Positions 46,977-57,119 of a stretch of DNA of 64,000 nt are shown one piece after another. This stretch comes from Eubacteriales bacterium (GTDB lineage: Bacteria; Bacillota; Clostridia; Oscillospirales; CAG-272), in assembly GCA_045594785.1 (NCBI GenBank), contig JAZNZE010000038.1, positions 5,784-69,783 on the forward strand. The letters are read 5' to 3'. A program made the translations under genes and the position numbers. The notes under the pieces were generated by a model that saw only the letters and a program-made list of their open reading frames with translations, had not been told where the DNA came from and did no database searches. Position 1 is the first letter of the stretch. Every line of letters starts with the position of its first letter.

Positions 46977-47858
46977 TTAATCCTTAAATCTGAGAGAACG
47001 CATAAATTCACTCGGCGTCATTGAGGTTTCTCGCTTAAAAACTCTTGAAAAGTACTGCGGGTTATCAAACGCCAGCTTATCCGATATCTCGGAAAAATTC
47101 ATATTTCCTTCGCGTATAATCTGCTTTGCTTTTTTGATTTTATTTTTTATCGCGTATCCCGCAATGCTCTCACCGGTTTGTTCGCGAAAGAGCTTTGAAA
47201 GGTAGGATTTACTGTATCCAAGCGCGCGGCAGATGTCCGAAAGTCTGGGATTTTCATATACGTTTTCTTCTATAAACGATTTTACCGCTGTAACCAGATG
47301 ATTCTCCATACTTTCCTTGCTGGGAAAAAGACTTGCCGTGCCCCGCTTTGCAATTCCGCGCATTAAGAGAATCAGCAGCTCCTCAAGATAGTTCTTTATG
47401 AGCTGCTCTCCACCGAGGGCAGCATTTTCCTTTTTCGTAAGCTTTCTGAGCCTTGGGTCGTTCTTCGGTATAACGAAGCTGTTTTCGGCTTCCTTAATTA
47501 TTGAAGAAATAAAGGATTTCAGATTTTTATCAAGCGTGGTTCTGTAACCGACAAGGCAGTCCATAGAAGGAGACTGGCACACAAATGATATTACAAAAAA
47601 ATTCGGTGAGGAATCCAGCGCTCTTATAGAATGAAATTCATTCGGCGCATGAAATATTATATCCCCCTGAGAAAGCTCACATTCTTCTTCTCCCGACTTG
47701 ACCTTTACCCTGCCGCCGTCAACGTACACCATTTCCCAAAAATCGTGGCTTTCTCCCTCAAAGACAAAGCTGGAATCAAATTCATAATAATGGATAGTGA
47801 CTATTTTTGAAATACTCACGATGCTTTTGAGGCTTGTTTTTACATAGGTTGCTTTCAT
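46977..47858 (-). CDS. AraC-family regulator with N-terminal cupin domain
   Basis: C-terminal ...LGYSKSYLSKLFREQTGESIAGY...FDNPQYFSRVFKRETSMTPSEF double HTH. Start tentatively at MKATYV (47858); 47891 is the alternative. Confidence 0.75.
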   Translation of the reverse strand: MKATYVKTSLKSIVSISKIVTIHYYEFDSSFVFEGESHDFWEMVYVDGGRVKVKSGEEECELSQGDIIFHAPNEFHSIRALDSSPNFFVISFVCQSPSMDCLVGYRTTLDKNLKSFISSIIKEAENSFVIPKNDPRLRKLTKKENAALGGEQLIKNYLEELLILLMRGIAKRGTASLFPSKESMENHLVTAVKSFIEENVYENPRLSDICRALGYSKSYLSKLFREQTGESIAGYAIKNKIKKAKQIIREGNMNFSEISDKLAFDNPQYFSRVFKRETSMTPSEFMRSLRFKD

Positions 47859-48008
47859 AATTATCTTTACCGGTCTCCACTTTGTGTACAAAAATGAACT
47901 TCTGTAGTAAAATTTTAACTGTCGCTATCCGACAGTTTCATATATAATTATTTTAGCACGGTAAATCGTTTTTTTCAAGAGAAAATTCAAATTTAAGGAG
48001 ATTATACT

Positions 48009-48848
48009 ATGAAAAAGGGTATTAGCATTTGGTCTTTCCCTGCTATGAGCCTAAGTGATGCTTTCGTTCTTGCAAAGGACGCAGGCTTTGAGGGTGTTGA
48101 AGTTGCGCTTGCTGAGGACGGTGAGGTAAATCTCAAATCCACCGAAAAGGATTTGCTTAAGGTAAAGGAAGATGCAAAAAACGCAGGCATAGAGCTTTAC
48201 AGCGTAGCAAGCGGTCTTTACTGGGACTACTGGCTCACGTCTGACGACAAAGCAGAGAGAGAAAAGGCAAAGGATATTGTAAAAATCCAGCTTAACGCTG
48301 CAAAGGTGCTTGGAGCAGACACCATTCTCGTCGTTCCCGGATCGGTTAACGCTGATTTCGTAAGCGAAACCAAGGTAGTTGACTACAAGTCGGCTTACGA
48401 AAGAAGCCTTGAGGCTTTTATGGAGCTTCGTGAGACCGCTCAGGAATGCGGCGTTTCTATCGGTATCGAGAACGTATGGAACAAGTTTCTTACCTCGCCT
48501 ATGGAGATGCGTCACTTTATTGATACTATCGGAAGTGACTTTGTCGGAAGCTATTTTGACGTTGGAAACGTTCTTTTCAACGGATATCCTGAGCACTGGA
48601 TAAGAATTCTTGCAGATAAGATAAAGAAGGTTCACTTCAAGGACTACCGCAAGGCTGCAGGAGGTCTCCACGGCTTCGTTGACCTTCTTGCAGGCGATAT
48701 AAACTACCCTGCGGTAATGGAAGCGCTTAAATCTGTTGGATATGACGGCTGGGTAAGCGCAGAAATGATACCTAACTACAAATACTACACCGAGGCTATT
48801 ATATACAATACCTCGTATTCTATGGATAAAATTCTTGGGAGGAAATAA
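48009..48848 (+). CDS. Sugar phosphate isomerase/epimerase (xylose isomerase-like TIM barrel)
   Basis: 279 aa. ...GFEGVE..., IENVWN and FDVGN motifs typical of AP_endonuc_2 barrels. RBS AAGGAG. Confidence 0.75.
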   Translation: MKKGISIWSFPAMSLSDAFVLAKDAGFEGVEVALAEDGEVNLKSTEKDLLKVKEDAKNAGIELYSVASGLYWDYWLTSDDKAEREKAKDIVKIQLNAAKVLGADTILVVPGSVNADFVSETKVVDYKSAYERSLEAFMELRETAQECGVSIGIENVWNKFLTSPMEMRHFIDTIGSDFVGSYFDVGNVLFNGYPEHWIRILADKIKKVHFKDYRKAAGGLHGFVDLLAGDINYPAVMEALKSVGYDGWVSAEMIPNYKYYTEAIIYNTSYSMDKILGRK

Positions 48849-48850
48849 TA

Positions 48851-49828
48851 ATGCTTAGAGTTGGACTTATCGGATGCGGCTTTATGGGCACTATGCACGC
48901 AAATTGCTATAAAAATCTTGAGGGTGTTGAAATCGTTGCGCTTGCAGACCTCAGACGCGAAAAGGCGGAGGAGCTGAGCGCAGGTACTAACGCAAAGCTT
49001 TACGGAGACGGAAAAGAGCTTATCGAAAATGCTGAGGTTGACGTTATAGACATCTGCCTTCCCACCTACCTTCACGCAGAATATGCCCTTCTCGCTATGG
49101 ATAAGGTTAAGTACGTTTTCGTTGAGAAGCCCGTTACCCTTACGAAGAAGGAGGCTAAGGCTCTTCTTAAAAAGCAGGCAGAAACCGGCGCTGAGGTTCA
49201 GGTCGGTCAGGTTATCAGGTTCTGGGACGAATACGTTGAGCTTAAAAAGATATACGACAGCGGAAAATACGGCAGAGTTGTAAACGCAAACTTCCGCAGA
49301 CTCAGTCCCCGTCCCACTTGGGGCTGGAACGGCTGGCTTCTTGATACGTCACTTTCGGGCGGCGCCGGTCAGGACCTTCACATTCACGACGTTGACTTCG
49401 TTCTCTCTCTTTTCGGTAAGCCGAAGAATTTCTTCACCGTAAGAGCTTCGGGCGGTGAAAAGGATTCCTACGTAAGCACCGTTATGATGTATTCCGATAA
49501 GGCAGTAAGCGTTGAGGGCACTTGGGATCTTCCCCAGTCGCATCCCTTCGAGGCTACCTTCCGCGTAGTATTCGAGAAGGCTGTAGTTGAAAACGCAGGC
49601 GGTAAATTTATGCTCTACACAGATGACGGTGCAGAACAAATCGTTATCGAGAAGAAGGAAATCGCAGGCGAGGGCTTCAAGGGCGGAAATATTTCTGACC
49701 TCGGCGGCTACTACAACGAGCTTCTCTACTTCACCGAGCAGGCAAAGCAAAAGGCAAAGATTGAAAGAGCAACCCTTGCAGATGCAGCAGCATCGCTTGA
49801 ATTCGTTCTTAAAGAGCTCGGACGCTAA
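48851..49828 (+). CDS. Gfo/Idh/MocA-family oxidoreductase
   Basis: MLRVGLIGCGFMG Rossmann N-terminus and EKP motif (FVEKPV). Lies 2 nt after the previous gene. Confidence 0.8.
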   Translation: MLRVGLIGCGFMGTMHANCYKNLEGVEIVALADLRREKAEELSAGTNAKLYGDGKELIENAEVDVIDICLPTYLHAEYALLAMDKVKYVFVEKPVTLTKKEAKALLKKQAETGAEVQVGQVIRFWDEYVELKKIYDSGKYGRVVNANFRRLSPRPTWGWNGWLLDTSLSGGAGQDLHIHDVDFVLSLFGKPKNFFTVRASGGEKDSYVSTVMMYSDKAVSVEGTWDLPQSHPFEATFRVVFEKAVVENAGGKFMLYTDDGAEQIVIEKKEIAGEGFKGGNISDLGGYYNELLYFTEQAKQKAKIERATLADAAASLEFVLKELGR

Positions 49829-49937
49829 TGAAATTTAAACGCTGCCAGGCGTTATCCCGCCTCGGTAACGGAGAATAAATTACTATGGCATGCGGTTTTA
49901 TCCGATAGCATAGCAATAGCGATATATCTCAAAAACA

Positions 49938-49986
49938 AGAGCAGACATACGGGATTTTTTCTTGCGTGTTTGCTCTTTCTTTTTTG
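49938..49986 (+). terminator. Intrinsic terminator
   Basis: AGAGCAGACA (49938-49947) pairs with TGTTTGCTCT (49967-49976, one G-T pair), followed by a T-rich run. Confidence 0.6.
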
Positions 49987-50138
49987 TTGCGTAGATTTTA
50001 AGCCTCTTAAAGCCAATCGGAAAGCTTAGAATTTGTCTTTTTTTCAAATTTTCGCCGAGCATAAACAGTCACGCCTTAGTTCTGTTTGTTAAAATTCAAT
50101 AAATACCAAAATTATCTTAAAAAATGTTAAAAAAACTA

Positions 50139-50167
50139 TTGACTTTAACGCTTTAGTGTGCTAAAAT
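50139..50167 (+). promoter_or_regulatory. Promoter of the yerC-his operon
   Basis: TTGACT (50139-50144), 17-nt spacer, TGc-TAAAAT (50162-50167). Confidence 0.65.
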
Positions 50168-50223
50168 CTATATCGTATTCATTTTTGGCGTATTCAAATA
50201 AATATATATTTAAGAGGAAAATT

Positions 50224-50520
50224 ATGAGCAATACTTTTTCTATTGAAGAACACGACAAGCTTTTTGAAGCTATTCTTAAGCTTTCCACTATAGAGGAAGC
50301 AAGACTGTTTTTTGAAGATATATGCACCATAAAAGAGCTGGAAGCAATATCACAGAGACTTGAGGTTGCAAAGATGTTAAAAAGCGGCGCGGGATATTCC
50401 GAAATAAGCGCAAAATGCGGAGCAAGCACCGCTACGATAAGCCGCGTAAATAAGTGCCTTCTTTACGGCAAGGGCGGCTATGGAATAGTTATAGACGAAA
50501 AGGATAATGAAAATGGATAA
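50224..50520 (+). CDS. yerC: TrpR-like YerC/YecD-family DNA-binding protein (candidate histidine regulator)
   Basis: ISQRLEVAKMLKSGAGYSEISAKCGASTATISRVNKCL HTH, characteristic of YerC/YecD. Start trimmed to MSNTFS (50224) after AAGAGGAAA. Confidence 0.75.
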   Translation: MSNTFSIEEHDKLFEAILKLSTIEEARLFFEDICTIKELEAISQRLEVAKMLKSGAGYSEISAKCGASTATISRVNKCLLYGKGGYGIVIDEKDNENG

Positions 50521-51454
50521 CATAAAAAGCGTTCTCACGCGTGAGGAGATTGCCGTTTTTACACTTCGTGCACTCTATTCGGAGTACGGCTACTCACAGT
50601 ATAAAATGAGCAAATTTGAGGAATACGAGCTTTACGTAAAAAACAAAGACTTTCTGGTTTCGGATAACGTTATAACCTTTACCGATACTGACGGCAGGCT
50701 TCTCGCACTGAAGCCTGACGTTACGCTTTCCATAATCAAAAACAACAAGGATAACCCTGACGGACTTATTAAAACTCAGTATAACGAGAACGTATACCGT
50801 ATTTCAGGAAGCACGCACAGCTTCGGTGAGCTTATGCAGGTTGGTCTGGAATGTATCGGAAGGGTTGGAGATGACGAGATTGCCGAGGTGCTTTTCCTTG
50901 CGTCAAAGAGCCTTGATTCAATTTCCGAGGATAATATTCTTGCTATATCCCAGCTTGATATTGCCGAAGGACTTATGGAATATGCATCAGTAAGCGCTGA
51001 CGGAAAGAAAAAAATACTGACAGCGCTGGGACAGAAAAATGCTTCGGGAATACGCGAAGTGCTTGATGCCGAAGAAATTTCGGGAGATAACGCAGAGCTT
51101 CTCTCTTCCCTTGCGGCACTTTACGGTCCGCCCGACACGGTGATTCCCGCCCTTGAAAAATTCAGAGTAAATGAGAAAACCGGCGTTGCTATAGATTCAC
51201 TTACACGCATAACAAACGCGCTTACCTCCAGGGGCGTGTCAAAAATTTCAATTGATTTTTCGCTTGTAGGCAATATGAAATATTACAACGGCATTGCCAT
51301 AAAGGGCTTTATAGACGGCATTCCTCAGGGCGTTATTTCAGGCGGTCAGTACGATAACCTTATGAAAAAAATGGGAAGACGCTCAAAGGCTGTCGGCTTT
51401 GCTGTATACCTTGACGGGCTGGACAGGCTTCCCGGCAGAGCCACGGAGGTGTAA
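50507..51454 (+). CDS. hisZ: ATP phosphoribosyltransferase regulatory subunit
   Basis: HisRS-like paralog without an anticodon-binding domain (LALKPDVT). Immediately precedes a short-form hisG. Confidence 0.8.
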   Translation: MKMDNIKSVLTREEIAVFTLRALYSEYGYSQYKMSKFEEYELYVKNKDFLVSDNVITFTDTDGRLLALKPDVTLSIIKNNKDNPDGLIKTQYNENVYRISGSTHSFGELMQVGLECIGRVGDDEIAEVLFLASKSLDSISEDNILAISQLDIAEGLMEYASVSADGKKKILTALGQKNASGIREVLDAEEISGDNAELLSSLAALYGPPDTVIPALEKFRVNEKTGVAIDSLTRITNALTSRGVSKISIDFSLVGNMKYYNGIAIKGFIDGIPQGVISGGQYDNLMKKMGRRSKAVGFAVYLDGLDRLPGRATEV

Positions 51455-51455
51455 G

Positions 51456-52088
51456 ATGAAAAAATTTCTTAATATTGCGCTTCCTAAGGGAAGGCTTGGC
51501 GAAAAGGTTTACGGTATGTTCGAGGCGGCAGGCTTTGAATGCCCTTCCATAAAAGACGGAGGCAGACGCCTGATATTTGAAAACGAGGAGCTTGGACTCA
51601 GATATTTCTGGGTCAAGCCATCTGACGTTGCAATATACGTTGAAAGAGGCGCTGCGGATATTGGCGTTGCGGGAAAGGATATTCTTCTCGAATACCGCCC
51701 GGACGTTTACGAGCTTCTAGACCTCAAAATAGGAAAATGCCATATGGCAGTTGCGGCAAAGTCGGATTTTATTGACGACAGGAACAAAACTCTCCGCGTT
51801 GCAACCAAGTTTACAAGAATAGCAAAAAGCTATTACGCATCTCTTGGCAGAGATATAGACATTATACATCTCAACGGCTCGATAGAGCTCGCCCCCATTC
51901 TCGACCTCTCTGACGTTATAGTGGATATCGTGGAAACGGGCGCAACGCTAAAGGAAAACAACCTTACGGTAGTTGAAAAATTTGAGCCCATAAGCGCAAG
52001 GCTTATAGCAAACAAATCAAGCTTTATGTTCTCGGCTGATACAATCGAGAACATAAAGGAAGGACTAAAATCACAGATAAAAGACTAA
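51456..52088 (+). CDS. hisG: ATP phosphoribosyltransferase (short form)
   Basis: MKKFLNIALPKGRL N-terminus and DIVETGATLKEN motif; ~210 aa. Start trimmed from the ORF-track extension. Confidence 0.9.
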   Translation: MKKFLNIALPKGRLGEKVYGMFEAAGFECPSIKDGGRRLIFENEELGLRYFWVKPSDVAIYVERGAADIGVAGKDILLEYRPDVYELLDLKIGKCHMAVAAKSDFIDDRNKTLRVATKFTRIAKSYYASLGRDIDIIHLNGSIELAPILDLSDVIVDIVETGATLKENNLTVVEKFEPISARLIANKSSFMFSADTIENIKEGLKSQIKD

Positions 52089-52097
52089 GGAAATACT

Positions 52098-53381
52098 ATG
52101 ATAAAGATTATAAAGGACAAACTTAGCGATAGAGAGGAAATTTTCTCCGCTGTTTCGGAAAAAATTGACGTATCCGAAACCGTAAGGGAAATTATAGAAA
52201 AGGTAAAGAGTGAGGGAGACTCTGCTCTCTATTACTACGCAGAAAAATTCGATAAGGCTAGTCTTACCTCTCTCAGAGTTTCGGAAGATGAAATCAAAGA
52301 AGCGCTCACGCTTGTAGAGCCGGAATTTATCGATATACTGAAGGAAGCTGCGGAAAATATCAGAGAATTTCATAAAAAGCAAAAAAATGACGGCTTTACT
52401 CTCAAAAAAAATGACGGAATAATCATAGGTCAGAAGGTTATTGCCGTTGACAGTGCGGGTCTTTACGTTCCCGGAGGAACTGCAGCCTACCCCTCGACCG
52501 TACTTATGGATGCAATTCCCGCAAAGATTGCAGGCTGCAGACGGGTCGTTATGGTAACGCCTCCCGACAAAAGAGGAAAAGTAAACCCTGTTATTCTGGC
52601 AGCAGCAGCAGTTGCCGGAGTTGACGAAATATACAAGGTCGGCGGTGCTCAGGCAGTTGCCGCACTCGCTTACGGAACAGAAACAATACCGAAAACCGAC
52701 AAAATAGTAGGCCCGGGAAATGCGTACGTTGCAGAAGCAAAAAGACAGGTCTACGGTGAGGTTTCGATAGATATGATTGCCGGTCCGAGTGAAATTATGA
52801 TAGTCGCTGACGGAAAGAACAGAGCTAAGGATATTGCAGCTGACCTACTCTCCCAAGCGGAGCATGACAGAATGGCAAGTGCTGTTCTCGTTACCGATTC
52901 GGAGGACTTCGCAAGCGCGGTATCAGATGAGCTTGAGCGGCAGATTCCGCTCCTCGAAAGACGCGAGATAGCAAGAGCATCAATCGACAACTACGGTAAG
53001 ATTATAATCACCGAATCCATTGACGATGCTATAGAGGTTGCAAACGGAATTGCACCGGAGCACCTCGAAATATGCGTTGACGACCCGTTTTCTTATCTTG
53101 AAAAGGTAAGGCACGCAGGCTCGGTATTTCTTGGCAGATACTGTCCCGAGGCTCTGGGAGATTATTTTGCAGGCACGAACCACACCCTACCCACAAGCGG
53201 TACGGCAAAATTTTCAAGTCCGCTCTCGGTTGACGATTTTGTAAAGAAAACTCAGTTTATTTATTACGATAAGAGTTCGCTTGAAGCGGTTGCAAAAAAG
53301 GTTGAATATTTTGCAAAAAAGGAAGGACTTACCGCGCACGCAAAGAGCGCTGTTGTAAGATTTGAGGAAGACGATGAGTAA
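52098..53381 (+). CDS. hisD: Histidinol dehydrogenase
   Basis: 427 aa. ...GPGNAYVAEAKR..., SQAEHD and APEHLE motifs. Confidence 0.9.
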   Translation: MIKIIKDKLSDREEIFSAVSEKIDVSETVREIIEKVKSEGDSALYYYAEKFDKASLTSLRVSEDEIKEALTLVEPEFIDILKEAAENIREFHKKQKNDGFTLKKNDGIIIGQKVIAVDSAGLYVPGGTAAYPSTVLMDAIPAKIAGCRRVVMVTPPDKRGKVNPVILAAAAVAGVDEIYKVGGAQAVAALAYGTETIPKTDKIVGPGNAYVAEAKRQVYGEVSIDMIAGPSEIMIVADGKNRAKDIAADLLSQAEHDRMASAVLVTDSEDFASAVSDELERQIPLLERREIARASIDNYGKIIITESIDDAIEVANGIAPEHLEICVDDPFSYLEKVRHAGSVFLGRYCPEALGDYFAGTNHTLPTSGTAKFSSPLSVDDFVKKTQFIYYDKSSLEAVAKKVEYFAKKEGLTAHAKSAVVRFEEDDE

Positions 53382-54435
53382 GTTTTTAACCGATAAATTC
53401 AAAAGCCTTGCTCCGTACACCCCGGGCGAGCAGCCTAAGGAAAGAAAATTTGTAAAGCTCAATACCAACGAATCACCATTTCCGCCATCAAAAAAGGCAA
53501 TAGAGCTTGCTCGTGCAGAGGCTGAACGCCTTATGCTTTATTCGGACCCGGAGTGCCGCGACCTCACGATTAAAATGGCTGAATCCTTCGGTGTCGACAA
53601 GGATTCGGTGATAATGACAAACGGCTCTGACGAAGTGCTTAACTTCGCCTTTATGGCATACTGTGATGAAAGCACACCTGCGGTTTTTGCAGATATAACC
53701 TATGGATTTTACAAGGTTTTTGCAGAAATTAACAGACTTCCCACGAAGATAATTCCTTTAAAGAATGACTTCACTATCGATATTGACGATTATATAAACG
53801 CGGAAGGAACGGTCTTTATAGCTAACCCAAATGCTCCAACAGGTATTCTTCTACCTCTTTCTGATATTGAAAGACTTGTGAAATCAAACCCAAAAAGAAT
53901 GGTCGTTATAGACGAAGCTTATATTGATTTCGGAGGCGAGAGCGCGGTTGGGCTTACTAAAAAATACGACAATCTGCTCGTTACCGGAACATTTTCAAAA
54001 TCACGCTCTATGGCAGGCGGAAGGCTTGGTTACGGTATAGCCTGCCCTGAAATTATAAATGACTTAACCAGAATAAGATACTCGACCAACCCCTACAACG
54101 TCAACCGAATGACTATGGCGGCAGGTATCGGAGCTCTTTCCGACACGGAATATTTTAAAGAAAACTGCAAAAAAATCATTGAAAACAGGTGCTGGACTGA
54201 AAAGGAGCTTGACGCTCTCGGATTTGAATTTTTGCCGTCAAAAGCAAACTTCATTTTTGCGAGGTCGAACAGAATAGACGGCAAAAAGCTATACCTTTCT
54301 CTCAAAGAAAAAGGCGTTCTCGTTCGTCACTTTGATACCGAACGAATCTGCGATTTTAACCGCATAACCATTGGAAGTATAGAAGAAATGCAAACTTTAG
54401 TTAACAAAATCAAGGAGATTGTAGAAGAAACATGA
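53374..54435 (+). CDS. hisC: Histidinol-phosphate aminotransferase
   Basis: LNTNESP N-terminal motif and TFSKSRSMAGGRLGY (PLP lysine). Start at MSKFL after GAGGAAG. Confidence 0.9.
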   Translation: MSKFLTDKFKSLAPYTPGEQPKERKFVKLNTNESPFPPSKKAIELARAEAERLMLYSDPECRDLTIKMAESFGVDKDSVIMTNGSDEVLNFAFMAYCDESTPAVFADITYGFYKVFAEINRLPTKIIPLKNDFTIDIDDYINAEGTVFIANPNAPTGILLPLSDIERLVKSNPKRMVVIDEAYIDFGGESAVGLTKKYDNLLVTGTFSKSRSMAGGRLGYGIACPEIINDLTRIRYSTNPYNVNRMTMAAGIGALSDTEYFKENCKKIIENRCWTEKELDALGFEFLPSKANFIFARSNRIDGKKLYLSLKEKGVLVRHFDTERICDFNRITIGSIEEMQTLVNKIKEIVEET

Positions 54436-55019
54436 GAAATGCTGAGATAACCAGAAAAACCAACGAAACCGATATAAAAATGAAGATTTTGCTTGACGGA
54501 AGAGGAAACTCAGAAGTGAATACCGGAAGCGCTTTTCTTGACCATATGCTCACGCTTCTCGCAAAGCACGGTAAATTTGACCTCAACGTTTTCTGCAAGG
54601 GTGACACGGAAGTGGATTTTCACCACACCGCAGAGGATATTGGAATCTGCCTTGGCACAGCCTTTCGCGAGGCTCTTGGTGACAAGGCGGGTATTGTAAG
54701 ATACGCGGATACTACTCTCCCTATGGACGAAGCCCTCATTCTGACCGCTCTTGATTTTTCCGGCAGAGGATATTTTGCTTGTGAGCTTGACATAAAGGCA
54801 CAGAAGGTCGGGGATTTTGATACCGAGCTTTGCTCTGAATTCTGGCAGGCATTTGCGATAAATGCGGGAGCTACCCTGCACATAAGACAGCTTGCAGGTG
54901 CTAACGCGCACCACATAATAGAAGGTGTTTTCAAGTCTATGGCGAGAACTCTCAGAGGCGCGGTAAAGATAGATCCTGATTTCGCATCGGACATTCCTTC
55001 CACGAAAGGAACTCTTTAA
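54432..55019 (+). CDS. hisB: Imidazoleglycerol-phosphate dehydratase
   Basis: TRKTNETDI, FLDHML, HH.AED and NAHHIIEG motifs. Confidence 0.9.
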   Translation: MRNAEITRKTNETDIKMKILLDGRGNSEVNTGSAFLDHMLTLLAKHGKFDLNVFCKGDTEVDFHHTAEDIGICLGTAFREALGDKAGIVRYADTTLPMDEALILTALDFSGRGYFACELDIKAQKVGDFDTELCSEFWQAFAINAGATLHIRQLAGANAHHIIEGVFKSMARTLRGAVKIDPDFASDIPSTKGTL

Positions 55020-55639
55020 TGATAGCAATCGTTGATTACGGCGTTGGCAACCTCTTTTCGCTCAGGAGCTCGTTTGCAGCTATCGGTGCAGATGCGGTTG
55101 TCACCTCTGACCCTATGGTGATAAAGAATGCCGAAAAAATTATTCTCCCGGGCGTTGGAGCATTTGAGGACGCTGCAAAAAAGCTTTTTTCCTCAGGACT
55201 TGGCGAGCTCGTCATAGAAGAAGCAAAGCGAGGCAAGCCTATTCTGGGTATATGCCTCGGTATGCAGATGCTTTTCGAGCGCAGTCTTGAATACGGTGAA
55301 CATAAGGGGCTCGGACTTATAAGGGGCGAAATAAGACCTATTTCAGAGGTCATACCCGAAGGATTAAAGATTCCGCACATCGGTTGGAATCCATTGATTT
55401 TCAAAAAACAGTCTCCGCTCTTTAAATATATTAAGAACGGTGATTGCGTTTACTTCGTTCACTCATACTCCGCACGCAACTGCGAGGAAAGTGTTTTGGC
55501 TACCGCCGAATACGGAGAAGAACTATGCGCCTCGGTTCAATCGGGGAATATATACGGCTGTCAGTTTCACCCGGAGAAAAGCGGTAAGGTGGGACTTAAT
55601 ATTCTGAAAGCCTTTTCTGAAATAGGAGGTACATTATGA
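55019..55639 (+). CDS. hisH: Imidazole glycerol phosphate synthase, glutaminase subunit
   Basis: IAIVDYGVGNL, GICLGMQ (catalytic Cys) and QFHPEKS motifs. Confidence 0.9.
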   Translation: MIAIVDYGVGNLFSLRSSFAAIGADAVVTSDPMVIKNAEKIILPGVGAFEDAAKKLFSSGLGELVIEEAKRGKPILGICLGMQMLFERSLEYGEHKGLGLIRGEIRPISEVIPEGLKIPHIGWNPLIFKKQSPLFKYIKNGDCVYFVHSYSARNCEESVLATAEYGEELCASVQSGNIYGCQFHPEKSGKVGLNILKAFSEIGGTL

Positions 55640-56349
55640 ATATTTTTCCCGCAATTGACTTATACGAAGGCAAAGCCGTCAGACTTTTCAAGGGCGATTA
55701 TAACCAAATGACCGTCTATAGCGAAAACCCGACAGAAATCGCTCTTGATTTTAAGAATTCGGGAGCTGAGTTTATGCACGTTGTTGACCTTGAAGGTGCT
55801 AAGACGGGAGAAACCCCAAACCTTGAAACTGTGAAAAATCTCGTTTCTGCTACCGATATGTTCATGGAGGTAGGCGGAGGCATCAGAAGCCTTGAGGTTA
55901 TAGAAAAATATATCAGTGCCGGTGTCAACCGCGTTATTCTCGGTACGGCAGCGCTTACCGACAGAGACTTTCTCAAGAAAGCACTTAGTAAATACGGAGA
56001 AAAGATTGCCGTTGGCGTAGATATCCGTGATGGATTTGTGGCTATAAAGGGCTGGACCGAAAAATCCGAAAAGCCCGCTCAAGAGTTCTGCAAAGAGCTT
56101 GAAGCGCTAGGGGTAAAAACCATAATTTCAACCGATATTTCAAAGGACGGAGCTATGCAAGGAGCAAATCACGAGCTCTACAAAAGACTTTCAGAGGAGC
56201 TGGGCATACAGATAATTGCTTCGGGCGGTGTTTCGACTATCGATGACGTTAAGAGACTTCGTAAAATGAATCTCTACGGTGCGATAATCGGAAAAGCATA
56301 TTACACGGGCGCAATAAATCTCTCCGAGGCTATCGAGGTGGCAAAATGA
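55636..56349 (+). CDS. hisA: ProFAR isomerase
   Basis: IFPAIDLYEGKAVRL and VGGGIRS motifs. Operon position between hisH and hisF. Confidence 0.9.
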   Translation: MNIFPAIDLYEGKAVRLFKGDYNQMTVYSENPTEIALDFKNSGAEFMHVVDLEGAKTGETPNLETVKNLVSATDMFMEVGGGIRSLEVIEKYISAGVNRVILGTAALTDRDFLKKALSKYGEKIAVGVDIRDGFVAIKGWTEKSEKPAQEFCKELEALGVKTIISTDISKDGAMQGANHELYKRLSEELGIQIIASGGVSTIDDVKRLRKMNLYGAIIGKAYYTGAINLSEAIEVAK

Positions 56350-57116
56350 TAACAAAAAGAATTATTCCCTGCCTTGACGTAAAAAACGGCAGAGTTGTTA
56401 AGGGAGTGAACTTTGAGGGACTCTCAGACGTCTCCTCTCCTATTGAGCTTGGAAAATACTACAGCGAATGCGGTGCTGACGAGCTTGTTTTCTACGATAT
56501 AACCGCATCGGCAGAAGGCAGAGCTCTATTTACCGACATACTTACCGAGGTTGCGAGAACGATTTTTATTCCTCTCACGGTGGGCGGTGGAATAAACAGC
56601 CTTGACGACTTTGACAGAGTTCTTAAATGCGGCGCTGACAAAGTCAGTGTAAACTCCGGGGCAATTAAAAATCCAAAGCTCATTTACGAGGCGGCAAAAA
56701 GATACGGAGACCAATGCGTAGTCCTTTCAGCTGACGTTAAAAGAGTTGACGGTGTTTTTCGTGTCTTTGCCAAGGGTGGCAGAGAAAACACAGGAATGGA
56801 CGCGCTTGAATGGATAAAGTACGGTGTCGATAACGGAGCCGGTGAAATTGTGCTTAACTCCATCGATACGGACGGAGTGAAAAAGGGCTTTGACCTCGAA
56901 ATGCTCAGAGCCGTTTCTGATATTGTTTCCGTGCCCATTATTGCATCAGGCGGAGCAGGCTCAGCAGATGACTTCGTTAAACTCTTTAATGCTCTTCCTA
57001 AGGTTGATGCAGGACTTGCAGCTTCAATATTCCATTTTGGAGAGGTTAAGATTTCTGACCTAAAAAAACTACTCCGTGATAACGGCATACCAACGAGAAT
57101 ACAAGGAGATTTGTAA
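56346..57116 (+). CDS. hisF: Imidazole glycerol phosphate synthase, cyclase subunit
   Basis: KRIIPCLDVKNGRVVKG, TVGGGI and ASGGAG motifs. Confidence 0.9.
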   Translation: MITKRIIPCLDVKNGRVVKGVNFEGLSDVSSPIELGKYYSECGADELVFYDITASAEGRALFTDILTEVARTIFIPLTVGGGINSLDDFDRVLKCGADKVSVNSGAIKNPKLIYEAAKRYGDQCVVLSADVKRVDGVFRVFAKGGRENTGMDALEWIKYGVDNGAGEIVLNSIDTDGVKKGFDLEMLRAVSDIVSVPIIASGGAGSADDFVKLFNALPKVDAGLAASIFHFGEVKISDLKKLLRDNGIPTRIQGDL

Positions 57117-57119
57117 ATA

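Noticed and set aside
49990-50223. T-box riboswitch or His-rich leader peptide upstream of the his operon
   Set aside because: The leader downstream of the predicted promoter is only ~55 nt. It has no specifier or T-box-like conserved sequence, no run of His codons and no terminator/antiterminator pair.
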